Origin: Mustelus asterias
Taxonomy: Eukaryota
Assembly (NCBI RefSeq): GCF_964213995.1
Contig: NW_027590987.1
Location: 62,001-126,000, forward strand
DNA: 64,000 bases
Direction: 5' to 3'
Shown: piece by piece, positions 38,845-51,165 of the stretch
Layout of the letters: each line of letters starts with the position of its first letter
Position numbering within the stretch: the stretch's first letter is position 1
Translations under genes and position numbers: made by a program
The notes under the pieces: model-generated
Told to the model about the DNA's origin: nothing
What the model saw: the letters and a program-made list of their open reading frames with translations, nothing else
The model's database searches: none

Positions 38845-39620
38845 CTGGAATCATCCTGTCCAATTATAACATCAACTGGGATCGTAACACTCACCATCTT
38901 GACTTCAAAATATATCGCTGTTCCTTCGCTGTCACTCGGTCAAAATCCTGGAGCTTCCTCCCAAACAAGTGTGGGTGTCCCTATGCCACAGGGATTGGCC
39001 AGGATTGACAAAGACTGCTGGAGGCAAGGCTATTGGTTAATATAACCTTTTATTGCACCTTCTTCTAAATATGTACAGCACAAGGCTCAGCATAGAACCA
39101 TCTCTCAGCAAACTCTTATCATCTGATCTTACATCACTGGGTAGAATATTTACAAATTTAACATTGACCCTTTACACTGCACCAAGTCTTCAGTCAGCCT
39201 CCTAACATCCCCTCAGTGCCAGTTGTCTGATTTATCAATTGATGTTTCTGAGATTCACCTTGGGACACTCTCCTACATTGAAGGTCTGATGTAAACAAAA
39301 GTTATTTTAAAAATCTCATTGTAACAGACTGAGGAAGTCAGGATTAAAACAAAATCTAGGTAAATGGAGTTAGGTCACAGATCAGCCATGACTTCAGTGA
39401 ATGAGAGAACAGGCTTGAGGGATAAATGACCTCCTCCTGTTCCTGGTAAACTTGGACTCAGACACCAGCTGATGAATGGAAAGTGATGGGAGACCTGGGG
39501 AGAAGAGACTTCATCAGAAACCAGCACTGGAGCAGAGTTAGAGAGTGGGAGAAGCCTGGGAGAAACTACACAGGAACTGGAGTTGGTTGTTCAGCTCTTC
39601 CAGTCCGCTCTGTCATTCAC

Positions 39621-39957
39621 AGAAATCATAGAAACCCTACAGTGCAGAAGGAGGCCATTCGGCCCATCGAGTCTGCACCGACCACAATCCCACCCAGGCC
39701 CTACCCACACATATTTACCTGCTAATCCCTCTAACCCACGCATCTCAGGACTCTAAGGGGCAATTTTTAACCTGGCCAATCAACCTAACCTGCACATCTT
39801 TGGACTGTGGGAGGAAACCGGGGCACCCGGAGGAAACCCACGCAGACACGAGGAGAATGTGCAAACTCCACACAGACAGTGAACCGAGCCGGGAATCGAA
39901 CCCGGGACCCTGGAGCTGTGAAGCAGCAGTGCTAACCACTGTGCTACCGTGCCGCCC
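39621..39957 (-). mobile_element. Full-length HE1-like SINE
   Basis: A and B boxes, V-like core and tail. Confidence 0.95.
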
Positions 39958-40089
39958 AGTTAGACCCTGGCTGAACAATCAGATTGGCAAGATTTATTTG
40001 ATTCTATTCTGTAGATTAAGCTGCAGCTCAGTTTTTTGGGAAATTAACATCAGCAGAAACAAACTCCAACTATCACAATGGGAACATGT

Positions 40090-41387
40090 GAATTAGGAGC
40101 AGGAGAAGGCCACTCGGCCCCTCGAGCCTGCTCCACCATTCAATAGGGTCCCGGCTGATGTGATTGTAGCTTCAACTCCACTTTCCTTCTTACCCCTCAC
40201 ACCCTTTGACTCTCGTCAATCAAGAATCTATTAAATTCAGACTTCAGAATATTCAGTGAGCCAGCCTCCACCACTCTCTGGAAGAGAATTCCACACTGTA
40301 ACAACCCTCTGAGAGAAAAGGTTTCTCCTCATCCCAGTCTTAAATGGGAGACCCCGTATTTTTAAACTGTGCCTCTAGTTCTCCTCTCTCTACAATCAAC
40401 ATCCACTCTGTCAAGTCCCCTCTGAATTTTATGTTTCAATCAGATCCTCTCTCATTCTTCTAAACCCCTTTAGATACAGGCCGAACATGTCCAGCATTTC
40501 CTTGTATGATAACACCCTCATCCCGTGAATCAGTCAAGTAAACCTTCTCTGAACTACTTCTCACACAAGTCCTCTCTTAAGTAAGGAGACCAAAACTGTA
40601 CACCGTGCTCTAGATGTGGTCTCACCAATACCCTGAACAAATGCAGCAAAACATCTCTGCAATAAACAACAATTCATTTACCTTTCTAATCATTTGCTGG
40701 ATCCACACACTAACTTTTCCTGATTACGGTACCAGGACACCCAGATCCCTCTGTACCTCAAAGTTCTGCAATCTCTCTCTCTTTAAATAATCAGCTGCTT
40801 TTCCATCCTTCCTGCCAAATGGACAAGTTCACATTATCCAAAAATCTTGTTCCAGTTGCCAACTTTTTGCCCACTCACTGACCCTATCTATATCGCTTTG
40901 CAGGCTTGTTATGGTCATTCACATCTCACTTTCCTACCTACCTTTGTGTTATCAACAAATTTTGATCCTGTCATCCACATCATGAAAATAGTTTGTCAAT
41001 AGTTGAGGGCCCAGCACTGGTCCCTGTGGCACTCCACAGGCTACACTTTGCCATCCCAAAAATGACTTGTTTCTCCCTCCTCTCTGTTTCCGATTAGCTC
41101 ATCAATCCTCTATCCATGCTAATATAAAGAATCAACATGGATAAAATGCTAATATGCCTTATGCTACGAATTCTTATTAAGTGTGGTAAACATTGATGTG
41201 GCACCTTGTCAAATGCCTTCTGGAAAACTAAATACACCACATCCACAGGTTCCACTTTATCCACATTGCTTGTTACTTCCTCAAAGAATCCAACACATCA
41301 ATTAACAGGATGTCCCTTGCACAAAACCATGTTGACTCTGCCTGATTGCACGGAGATTATCTGTGTCCCATCCCAGTCTCCTTAATA
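40090..41387 (-). mobile_element. Old CR1 LINE inserted in the 3' UTR of the 41404 ZNF
   Basis: Antisense GGCACCTTGTCAAATGCCTTCTGGAAA (FQKAFDKVP); the UTR motif GAACATG occurs on both sides. Confidence 0.85.
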
Positions 41388-41403
41388 ACAGAATGAACAT
41401 GAT

Positions 41404-42798
41404 TCAGTCCTGCATGGGATTAGCAGCAACAGCAGAATCCAACCCCTGCAGTGACTTGTGAACTTGCTGGTGTCTCAGCAGATTGGCTGACCGAGCAAAT
41501 CTCTTCCCACATACGGAGCAGGTGAACGATCTCTCTCCCGTGTGAACCTGCTGGTGTCTCAGCAGGTGGGATGACTGAGTGAACCTTTTCCCACACATGG
41601 AGCAGGTGAATGATCTCTCCCCAGTGTGAATTTGCTGGTGTCTCAGCAGGTCCTTAGTGCTTTTAAAGCTCTTCTCACAGTCAGAACATTTAAAAGGTCT
41701 CTGATCAGTGTGGACCAGTTGATGTGCAATGAGCTGGGGTGGCTGAGTGAATCGTTTCCCACATGTGGAGCAAGTGAAGGGTTTCTCCCCAGTGTGAATT
41801 CGCTCGTGTATCAGGAGGTGGGCTGAATCAGTGAATCCCTTCCCACACACACAGCAAATGAATGGTTTCTCCCCGGTGTGAACTCGCTGGTGTCTCAGAC
41901 GGTGGGATGAATGGGTGAATCCCATCCCACACACCGAGCAGGTGAACGGTTTCTCCCCAGTGTGAACTCGCTGGTGTGTCACCAAATCCTGTTTACTTTT
42001 AAAGCTCTTCTCACAGTCAGGACACTGAAATGGTCTCTTATCAGAGTGAACTCGCTGGTGTGTTTGCAGCTGGGATAAACGTCCGAATCTCCTCTCACAC
42101 ACGGAGCAGGTGAATGGCTTCTCCCCAGTGTGAGTGCGCTGATGGACTTGTAAATCATTTTTACTTTTAAATCTCTTCTCACAGTCAGAACACTGAAATG
42201 GTCTCCGATCAGTGTGAACAAGTTGGTGTGTCAGAAGGTGGGATGACTGAGTGAATCCCTTCCCACACACTGAGCAGGTGAACGGTCTCACCGCCATGTG
42301 AGTGCGCTGGTGTCTCAGGAGGTCCTTTGTGCTTTTAAAGCTTTTCTCACAATCAGAACACTGAAACAGTCTCTGATCGGAGTGAACCTGCCGGTGAATC
42401 AGGAGGCTTGATAAAGCATGACATCCCCTCCCACATTCGAGGCAGGTGAATGGCCTCTCACCAGTGTGAACACGCCGGTGTGTATAGAGGCTGGATGAGT
42501 AAGCAAATCCTTTCCCACACTCAGAGCAGGTGAACGGCCTCTCTCCAGTGTGAACACGCCGGTGTGTATACAGGCTGGATGAGTAAGTAAATCCTTTCCC
42601 ACACTCAGAGCAGGTGAACGGCCTCTCTCCAGTGTGAATGCGACGATGAATATCCAATTCGGACGGGTAATTGAATCCCCTCCCACATTCCACACATTTC
42701 AATGGTTTCTCTGTGGTGCGGGTGTCCTCATGTGACTCCAGGTTGGATGATGAGTTGAAGCCTCGTTTACACAGAATATGTGTCGGGTCACTACTCAC
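41404..42798 (-). CDS. C2H2 ZNF, 15 fingers, start codon uncertain
   Basis: 464-codon open frame; the usual MEKP start is TEKP; C-tail [16 protein letters not shown]. Confidence 0.75.
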   Translation of the reverse strand: MSSDPTHILCKRGFNSSSNLESHEDTRTTEKPLKCVECGRGFNYPSELDIHRRIHTGERPFTCSECGKGFTYSSSLYTHRRVHTGERPFTCSECGKGFAYSSSLYTHRRVHTGERPFTCLECGRGCHALSSLLIHRQVHSDQRLFQCSDCEKSFKSTKDLLRHQRTHMAVRPFTCSVCGKGFTQSSHLLTHQLVHTDRRPFQCSDCEKRFKSKNDLQVHQRTHTGEKPFTCSVCERRFGRLSQLQTHQRVHSDKRPFQCPDCEKSFKSKQDLVTHQRVHTGEKPFTCSVCGMGFTHSSHRLRHQRVHTGEKPFICCVCGKGFTDSAHLLIHERIHTGEKPFTCSTCGKRFTQPPQLIAHQLVHTDQRPFKCSDCEKSFKSTKDLLRHQQIHTGERSFTCSMCGKRFTQSSHLLRHQQVHTGERSFTCSVCGKRFARSANLLRHQQVHKSLQGLDSAVAANPMQD

Positions 42799-43289
42799 TG
42801 AGAATGATGTGATTATTTTTCAGACTTGTTAAACCACTTTCCACATTCAGCACATTGGAAACCCTCAGGTGTGTTTGTGTGTCGAGGTGCTTTTTCAGTC
42901 ACACTGATGTTTGAAATCTTTGCCCGCAGACAGAATAAACATTTCTCCTTCTGTAGACAAAGGCTGACGATATTCAGTTTCTGATTAATCAAATCACTGA
43001 AACAGATCTTGATGTGAAGTTTGGTTTGAGTTTCATATCTGTAAATCTTGCTTCATAATACTCTGCAAAAACAGTTTACAAATACAGGGTACCATCACTG
43101 TCAGTCCAGGATAGAAATTCTGAAATTTCTCTGGAACATATTTTCCTCTCTTGTTCCCCAAATCTATAAATCCCTGTCCCACACACTCTACCTCCTCCCT
43201 GGGCTGAAATCCAAACCCATCTCACCATCTCCACCATTTCTTTCCTCCACTCCATTTTCTCCCTCCCTCTCCTCTGTCTGGGTTCAGTT

Positions 43290-43557
43290 ATTGATGTGGA
43301 AATCTCACTAACTGTCCTGGCTGGAGACAATACACATCTCTTTAACCTGTGCTTAACTCTCCCTCCACTCACATTGTCTGTACCTTTAAGAATTGATTAC
43401 CTGTAAAGACTCGCATTCCAACCATTGTCTTGTAAATTGAGTTTGTGAACAAAACTCCCACTTACCTGACGAAGGAGCAGCGCTTCGAAAGCTCGTGGCT
43501 TTTGCTACCAAATAAACCTGTTGGACTTTAACCTGGTGTTGTTAGACTTATTACTGA
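43290..43557 (+). mobile_element. Penelope-like pseudo-LTR insertion with 8-bp TSD
   Basis: GTTCAGTT at 43282 and 43558; empty site near 58068; CTGACGA..GAAA core; AATAAA; short inverted 5' piece. Confidence 0.75.
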
Positions 43558-43569
43558 GTTCAGTTCTCC

Positions 43570-44463
43570 AGCTGCTGTCTGCAGACTGACAATAAAACCA
43601 ATGGGTCTTATTGGTGGTGTTGGGGCCTCCAGCGGGTGTTTGTGAATCCTCCCCGCCCACCTCCCAGGGTTTCCTTCCTTCCCAGAGATCAGAGTCCTCA
43701 TTGATTTGAGGCCAAAGTGTAACCTCTTATTTATTGTCCCCCTCCCCCATCCTCTGATGTGAACCATCCTCCAGTGGCTGAGCCAGGATGGGGCCGTTAA
43801 CCTGGGCCTGTTCCCGGGAGGGAGGGAGGGAGGGAGAAGCCCCGCAGCTGCAAACCAGGGAGCTGACAATGATTCTGAAGGGTTTGCGGATCCACAAAGT
43901 GTTTCCAAATCCTCCCAGCCACCGCCTAACGCTGACTCCGCTTCTCCGGGACAAACAAGCGCCAAGGACAGCAATGACACTGCGCATGCTCCACATCACA
44001 ATGCCCGGGGAATGATTGACGGCAGCTCCGGACCAGTAGGAAGAGGGGGCGGGGCTGGAGGACCGAGCGGGAGCGGCAGGTCCTCCAACCAATCACAGTG
44101 AACGAGGGGCGGGACTGGAGGACCGAGCGGGAGCGGCTGGTCCTCCAGCCAATCGGAGTGGATGAGGAGCGCGACCTGAAGCATGCGCAGTGCGGGTAAT
44201 GGCGACGGACAGACGGCCGGTTTTATCTTGGAAGCGAGATCAATACGAGGTAGAGGGCGGTGCGCGGGGAGCGATGAATCCAGCGGGTGGGTGGAGAGAC
44301 TTTGTAAACATGTTGTTCAAACCCAAACCCCGGAAATGAACTTCCCGGTCCCCCCCTTTGTACCAAATGGAGCGGCAGCTTGTAGTGTTAGACCCGGGCT
44401 GACTGCCGCCATTGAGGCTGCATGTGGGAGGCCGGCAGGGATTGTGATCGGAGAGGGAAGCCC
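43570..44463. promoter_or_regulatory. Bidirectional CpG-island promoter between the 41404 (-) and 45926 (+) ZNFs
   Basis: TGCGCATGC x2, GGGGCGGG x2, CCAAT x2, AATGGCG, CCGGAAAT; paralog of 58075-58956. Confidence 0.8.
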
Positions 44464-44602
44464 TGACGTCACAATGGAATGGGTGAGAGTGTGATGTCAC
44501 AATGGAATGGGTGAGAGTGTGAGGTCACAATGGAATGGGTGAGAGTGTGACGTCACAATGGAATGGTTGAGGGTGTGACATCACAATGGAAGGGGTGAGA
44601 GT
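44464..44602. repeat. 28-bp minisatellite x5 (TGACGTCACAATGGAATGGGTGAGAGTG)
   Basis: Five units counted directly; 2 keep a perfect TGACGTCA. Confidence 0.95.
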
Positions 44603-45253
44603 TTTCCCATGTCAGTGGTGACATTCACGAGGGGTCATAGGTTCAAGGTGAGGGGGGGGAGGTTTAACACGCATATCAGAAGGACGTATTTTACACAGAG
44701 GGTGGTGGGGGCCTGGAATGCGCTGCCAGGCAAGGTGGTGGAGGCGGACAGACTGGGAACGTTTAAGACTTATCTAGATAGCCACATGAACGGAGTGGGA
44801 ATGGAGGGATACAAAAGGATGGTCCAGTTTGGACCAGGGAGCGGCACGGGCTTGGAGGGCCGAAGGGTCTGTTCCTGTGCTGTATTATTCTTTGTTCTTT
44901 GGGGACAAGTGAATCACTCTGACTATAAAAAGTGTAAGAAAATACTGAAGAGTGAAATCAGGAGGACAAAAAGAGGGTCTGATATGGATCTGTCAGGTAA
45001 GATTAAAGAAAATTCCAAGAGGTTCTAAAGCTATATTAAGAGTAAAAGGGCGGCAAGAGAGAGAATAGATCCCCTTAAAAATCAGTCTGGCCATCTGTGT
45101 GTGGAGCCACAGGAGATGGGTGAGATTTTTAATGAATACTTCTCCTCTGTGTTTACTGCGGAGAGCACCATGGGTGCTAAAGAAATAAGGAAAACAAGTG
45201 GTGATGTCTTGGGCACACGCATGTTACTTGGGAGGAGGTATCTGCAGCCTTAT
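44603..45253 (+). mobile_element. CR1 3' end (44603-44900) followed by a CR1 ORF2 upstream fragment
   Basis: TRGHRFKVRGGRF..FTQRVVGAWNALP, then KIKENSKRF..EIFNEYFSSVFT. Confidence 0.85.
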
Positions 45254-45439
45254 AAAAGCAAATTACTGCGGATGCTGGAATCTGAAACCAAGAGAGAAAA
45301 TGCTGGAAAATCTCAGCAGGTGTGGCAGCATCTGTAAGGAGAGAAAAGAGCTGATGTTTCTTGTCTAGATGACCCTTTATCAAAGCTCTGAAACATCAGT
45401 TCTTTTCTCTCCACACAGATGCTGCCAGACCTGCTGAGA
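45254..45439. mobile_element. Fold-back Penelope-type repeat
   Basis: About 50-bp inverted arms at 45311-45360 and 45390-45439. Confidence 0.7.
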
Positions 45440-45925
45440 ATGGGGAGAGACTGTGTGGGATGGAGATTTACAGCTTTTGGGGAATGAGAGAGGAAAGAAT
45501 GTTCCATAGAAATTGTCTGTTCTGAATTTCTATCCTGTACTGACACTGATGACTTTTGGAAACTCATTTTACAGGATATTGAAAGAGGAATCACAGGCTG
45601 AAATCTCAAATGTCACGTCTCGACGTGACAGAATCATATTCCTTGGGACCTCAATATCATCGGACTTTGAATCCAGAAGGAGAAATGATTGTCCAGTCTG
45701 TGGATTTGAAAAGATTTGAAATGTCAGTGTGAGTGAAAAAGCATCAACACTCTGCCACACTCGAGTGAGTGTGTTCCGATGCACTGACTAAAGAGCTTTA
45801 ACCAGTTACACAGTCTGAATAAATGTCACATCATTCACAGTGGGGAGAGACTGTAATCTTGTTCTGTGTGTGGACGAAGTTTCAACTAATTGTCCACTCA
45901 AGAGAGAGGGAAGGACACCTGCACC

Positions 45926-47104
45926 ATGGAGAAACCATGGAAATGTGCGGACTGTGGGAAGGGATACAGATCCCCATCAGAGCTGGAAACTCATCGGCGC
46001 AGCCACACTGGGGAGAGGCCGTTCATCTGCTCTCAGTGTAGGGAGGGATTTAATCAGTTATCCCACCTGCAGTCACACCAGCGAGTTCACACTGAGGAGA
46101 GGCCATTCACCTGCTCTCAGTGTGGGAAGGGATTCATTCAGTTATCCAGCCTGCAAACACACCAGCAAGTTCACACTGGAGAGAGGCCATTTACCTGCTC
46201 TCAGTGTGGGAAGGGATTCACTCGGTCATTCCACCTGCAGAGACACCAGCGAGTTCACACTGGGGAGAGGCCATTCAACTGCTCTCAGTGTGGGAAGAGA
46301 TTCACTCGGTCATTCCACCTGCAGAGGCACCAGCGAGTTCACACTGGGGAGAGGCCATTCAACTGTTTTCAGTGTGGGAAGGGATTCACTCAGTCATCCA
46401 ACCTGCGGACACACGAACGAGTTCACACTGGGGAGAGACCGTTCACCTGCTCTCAGTGTGGGCAAGAATTCACTCAGTCAGCCGACCTGCAGAGACACCA
46501 GCTACGTCACACAGGGGAAAGGCCGTTCACCTGCTCTCAGTGTGGGAAGGGATTCACTCAGTCATCCCACCTGCGGATACACCAGCGAGTTCACACTGGG
46601 GAGAAACCATTCACCTGCTCTCAGTGTGGGAAGGGATTCACTCAGTCATCTGACCTACGGACACACCAGCGAGTTCACACAGGAGAGAGGCCGTTCACCT
46701 GCTCTCAGTGTGGGAAGGGATTCACTCGGTCAACCCACCTGCAGAGACACCAGCGAGTTCACACTGGGGAGAAACCATTCACCTGCTCTCAGTGTGGGAA
46801 GGGATTCACAAACTCATCTGACCTGCTGACACACCAGCGAGTTCACACAGGGGAGAGGTCGTTCACCTGCTCTCAGTGTGGGAAGGGATTCACTCGGTCA
46901 ACCCACCTGCGGACACACCTGCGAGTTCACACTGGGGAGAAACCATTCACCTGCTCTCAGTGTGGGAAGGGATTCACTCAGTCATCTGACCTGCGGATAC
47001 ACCAGCGAGTTCACACTGGCGAGAGACCATTCACCTGCTCTGTGTGTGGGAAGGGATTCAGAGTTTCATCCCACCTGCTGAGACACCAACAAGTTCACGA
47101 GTGA
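45926..47104 (+). CDS. C2H2 ZNF protein, 14 highly homogeneous fingers, 392 aa
   Basis: ACCATGG start MEKPWKC; 14 x 28 aa; intact. Confidence 0.94.
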   Translation: MEKPWKCADCGKGYRSPSELETHRRSHTGERPFICSQCREGFNQLSHLQSHQRVHTEERPFTCSQCGKGFIQLSSLQTHQQVHTGERPFTCSQCGKGFTRSFHLQRHQRVHTGERPFNCSQCGKRFTRSFHLQRHQRVHTGERPFNCFQCGKGFTQSSNLRTHERVHTGERPFTCSQCGQEFTQSADLQRHQLRHTGERPFTCSQCGKGFTQSSHLRIHQRVHTGEKPFTCSQCGKGFTQSSDLRTHQRVHTGERPFTCSQCGKGFTRSTHLQRHQRVHTGEKPFTCSQCGKGFTNSSDLLTHQRVHTGERSFTCSQCGKGFTRSTHLRTHLRVHTGEKPFTCSQCGKGFTQSSDLRIHQRVHTGERPFTCSVCGKGFRVSSHLLRHQQVHE

Positions 47105-47349
47105 TTCCAGGGGTTGGATTCTGCTGTTATTGTTTCTGCTCTCAATTACATCCAGGACTGCATTTTGTTCATTCTCACAGTTGGTCAATGGGGAGGGTCA
47201 GAGGGTTTCTTTGTGCTGGACTGGCCGGTCTCAGCCTCCAGTGGGCTGATGCTCTTTGAGTCTTTTTGCGAATACCTGGTTTCAAATGTCACAAGGATCA
47301 CAGAGTGACAGGGTGTTAGGAAGTTTAGAGATATTTAGTCAGAAGAAAA

Positions 47350-48772
47350 CAGAGGTTGGCAGTGCAAAGGTACCTTTCTGAATGGAGGGCTGTGACAAGT
47401 GACATTCCTCAGGGATCAGTGCTGGGACTTTTGCTGTTTGTAATATATAAAGAACAAAGAACAGTACAGCACAGGAAACAGGCCCTTCGGCCCTCCAAGC
47501 CTGTGCCGCTCCTTGGTCCAACTAGACCAATCGTTTGTATCCCTCCATTCCCAGGCTGCTCATGTGACTATCCAGGTAAGTCTTAAACGATGTCAGCGTG
47601 CCTGCCTCCACCACCCTACTTGGCAGCGCATTCCAGGCCCCCACGACCCTCTGTGTAAAAATCGTCCCTCTGATATCTGAGTTATACTTCGCCCCTCTCA
47701 GCTTGAGCCCGTGACCCCTCGTGATCGTCACCTCCGACCTGGGAAAAAGCTTCCCACTGTTCACCCTATCTATACCCTTCATAATCTTGTACACCTCTAT
47801 TAGATCTCCCCTCATTCTCCGTCTTTCCAAGGATAAATGATTTGGAGGAAAATGTAACTGGTTTGATTGGTAAGTTTGTGGACGATACAAAGGTTGGTGG
47901 AATTGCGGATAGCGATGGGGACTGGCAGAGGATACAGCAGGATATAGAGCAGTTGGAGACTTGGGCGGAGAGATGGCAGATGAAGTTGAATCCGGACAAA
48001 TGTGAGATAATGATGGGAAATATACAGTAAATGGCAGAACCCTTAAGAGTATACATAGGCAGAGGGATCTGGGTGTACAGGTACACAGGTCATTGAAAGT
48101 GGCAACGCAGGTGGAGAAGGTAGTCAAGAAGGCATACGGCATGCTTGCCTTCATCGGCCGGGACATTGAGTTTAAAAATTGGCAAGTCATGTTGCAGCTT
48201 TATAGAACCTTAGTTAAACCCCACTTGGAATCTCGTGTTCAATTCTGGTCACCACAGTACCAGAAGGATGTGGAGGCTTTGGAGAGGGTACGGAAAATAT
48301 TTATCAGGATGTTGCCTGGTATGGAGGGCATTAGCTATGAGGAGAGGTTGGAGAAACTTGGTTGGTTCTCAGTGGAACGAAGGAGGTTGAGGGGGGCGAC
48401 CTGATAGAAGTCTCCAAGATTATGAGGGTCATGGACAGAGTGGATAGTCAGACGCTTTTTCCCAGGGTGGAAGAGTCAGTTAAGAGGGGCATAGGTTTAA
48501 GGTGCGAGGGGCAAGGTTTAAAGGAGATGCACAAGGCAGGTTTTTTACACAGAGGGTGGTGGGTGCCTGGAACTCGTTGCCGGGGAAGGTAGTGGAAGCA
48601 GATACGATAGTGACTTTGAAGATGTGTCTTGACAAATATATGAATAGCATAGGAATAGAGGGATATGGTCCCCGTAAAGGTAGGGGGTTTTAGTTCAGAC
48701 GGGCAGCATGGTTGCTGCAGGCTTGGAGGGCCAAAGGGCTTGTTTCTGTGCTGTAATTTTCTTTGTTCTGTT
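47350..48772 (+). mobile_element. CR1 LINE (+) interrupted by an antisense CR1 3' end at about 47450-47830
   Basis: IPQGSVLGLLLFVIY continues as INDLEENV..KFVDD after the insert. Confidence 0.9.
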
Positions 48773-48897
48773 TGGAACACCCCAAATGCCCATCCAATTT
48801 CCTTTTTAATTGTTTATTGTCTCCACTTCCTCCACCCTCATAGACAGCGAGTTTCAGGTCATTACCATTCGCTGCATCAGAATATTCTTCCTCACAT

Positions 48898-49040
48898 CTC
48901 CCCACCGCCCCCCGCTCCCCCCCCACTCCCTCCCCCCCCCCACTCCCTCCCCCCCAGTCCCTCCCCCCCCAGTCCCTCCCCCCACTCCCTCCCCCCCCAC
49001 TCCCTCCCTCCCCCCCCCCCCCCCCCCCCCCACTGCCCCC
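48898..49040. repeat. C-rich low-complexity expansion inside an old antisense CR1 fragment (48775-49210)
   Basis: Runs of CCCCCCACTCCCT; the minus strand is G-tract rich. Confidence 0.9.
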
Positions 49041-49409
49041 CGCTGCATCTCTGACCCAAAACAAGAAATCTGTGTCCCCCTCATCCTTGTCCCATCAGCG
49101 AATGGGAACAGCTTTTCTTTGTCCACCTTATCTAAACCTGTCAGAATCTTGTCCACCTCTATCAAATCTCCCCTCAACCTCCTTTGCTCCAAGGAGAACA
49201 ACCCCCGCCTGACATCGACAATAAAGAACAAACTAACAGAATATGTTACTGTCTGAAATCAAATGGGAATGTTTAATTTCTGTTTTAAAGATATTGTGAA
49301 TATATTGTCCTGGACAATAAAGGAATTGGAATAACTCACCTTGGGTGTGGTTGAATGGAATATATCAATCTGATATCCACCTACAGTCCAGTGAAAGTCT
49401 GGAATATGT

Positions 49410-51165
49410 ACAAAGAACAATACAGCACAGGAACAGGCCCTTCAGCCCTCCAAGCCTGCACTGATCATGTGTTCCTAACTTGACCATCCGTTTGTATCCC
49501 TCTATTCCCAGTCTGTTCATGTGGCTATCTAGATAAGTCTTAAATGATCCTAGCGTGTCTGCCTCAACCACCTTGCTTGGTAGTGCATTCCAGGCCCCCA
49601 CCACCCTCTGTGTAAAATACGTCCCCCACATATCTGTATTGAACCTTGCCCCCCTTCCCTTGAACTTGTGACCCCTTGTGTTTGTCATTTCTGACCTGGG
49701 AAAAAGCTTCCAACTGTTCACCCTATCTATGCCCTTCATAATGTTATAAACTTCTATTAGGTCGCCCCCTCAACCTCCGTCTTTCCAGGGAGAACAACCC
49801 TAGTTTACTCAATCTCTCCTCATAGCGAATACCCTTCATACCAGGCAACATCCTGGTAAACCTTTTCTGCACTCTCTCCAAAGCCTCCACGTCCTTCTGG
49901 TAGTGTGGCGACCAGAACTGGACGCAGTATTCCAAATGTGGCCTAACCAACGTTCTATATAACTGCAACATCATATGCCAACTTTTATACTCTGTGCCCC
50001 GTCCACTAAAGGCAAGCATGCCATATGCCTTCTTCACCACCTTTTCCACCTGGGCTGCCACCTTTAAGGATCTGTGGACTTGCACACCCAGATCCCTCTG
50101 CGTGTCTATACTCCTGATGGTTCTGCCATTTATTGTATAGCTCCCCCCTGCATTAGATCTACAAAATGCATCACTTTGAATTTATCTGGATTAAATTCCA
50201 TCTGCCATTTCTCGGCCCAATTTTCCAGCCTATCTATATCCTGCTGTATTCTCTGACAATGTTCATCACTACCCGCAACCCCAGCAATCTTTGTGTCGTC
50301 CGCAAACTTACTAATCAGACCAGCTACATCGTCTTCCAAATCATTTATATATATCACAAACAGCAGAGGTCCCAGTACAGAGCCCTGCGGAACACCACTA
50401 GTATCTGTCTGTATCTTTAAGACCTGGCTGGTTGTAGAGATTCGCATTCTAATCAGTATTCTGTAATTTGATTTTATGTCTCTGTGCACTGTTTGAGAGC
50501 AGATTTCCACTCCATCTGACAAAGGAGCAGCGCTCCGAAAGCTTATGGTATTTGCTACCAAATAAACCTGTTGGACTTTAACCTGGTGTTGTAAAACTCT
50601 TACTGTGTTCACCCCAGTCCAACGCCGGCATCTCCACATCATGAACACAACTAGTCACAGACCTCCAATCAGAAAAAGACCCCTCCACTGCTACCCTCTC
50701 TTCTATGGCCAAGCCAGTTCTGTACCCATCTCGCGAGTTCACCTTTGATCCCGTGAGATTTAACCTTTTGCACCAGCCTGCCATGAGGGACCTTGTCAAA
50801 CGCTTTACTAAAATCCATGTAGACGACATCCACGGCCCTTCCCTCATCAATCATTTTTGGCACCTCCTCAAAAAACTCAACCAAATTTGCGAGGCATGAC
50901 CTCCCTTGTACAAAACCATGTTGTCTATCGCTAATGAGATTATTCAGTTCTAAATGTGTATAGATCCTATCTCTAAGAATCTTCTCCAACAATTTCCCTA
51001 CCACGAACATCAAGCTCACTGGCCTATAATTACCCTTGCTACCTTTCTTAAATAACGGGACCACATTTGCTATCCTCCAATCCTCTGGGACCTCACCTGT
51101 GTCCAATGAAGAAACTAAGATTTCTGTTAGAGGCCCAGCAATTTCATCTCTTGTCTCTCTCAGTA
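49410..51165 (-). mobile_element. CR1 LINE, frameshifted, with nested Penelope-like insert
   Basis: Minus ORFs give [38 protein letters not shown] and the C-terminus. Confidence 0.95.
50403..50643 (+). mobile_element. Penelope-like pseudo-LTR with 12-bp TSD
   Basis: AACACCACTAGT at 50391-50402 and AACACAACTAGT at 50644-50655; homologous to the 43290 element. Confidence 0.8.

Larger units (their letters stand above)
36692..38889 (+). mobile_element. Solo LTR-like element carrying two nested CR1 fragments
   Basis: TGTCAGGA...TCGTAACA termini, 4-bp TSD CTCA (36688-36691 and 38890-38893), AATAAA near 37985. Confidence 0.75.

Noticed and set aside
45840-46829. Long alternative-frame ORFs over ZNF genes (also 61275-62234, 46120-46653, 22970-23347)
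   Set aside because: Expected by-product of 84-bp C2H2 repeats whose shifted frames lack stops; no independent coding evidence
45926-47104. PRDM9 or a named ZNF ortholog
   Set aside because: No PR/SET, SSXRD or KRAB exon seen; finger-only similarity cannot assign orthology
48665-49256. Pro-rich and Gly-rich ORFs
   Set aside because: Translations of a C-rich low-complexity expansion inside a CR1 fragment
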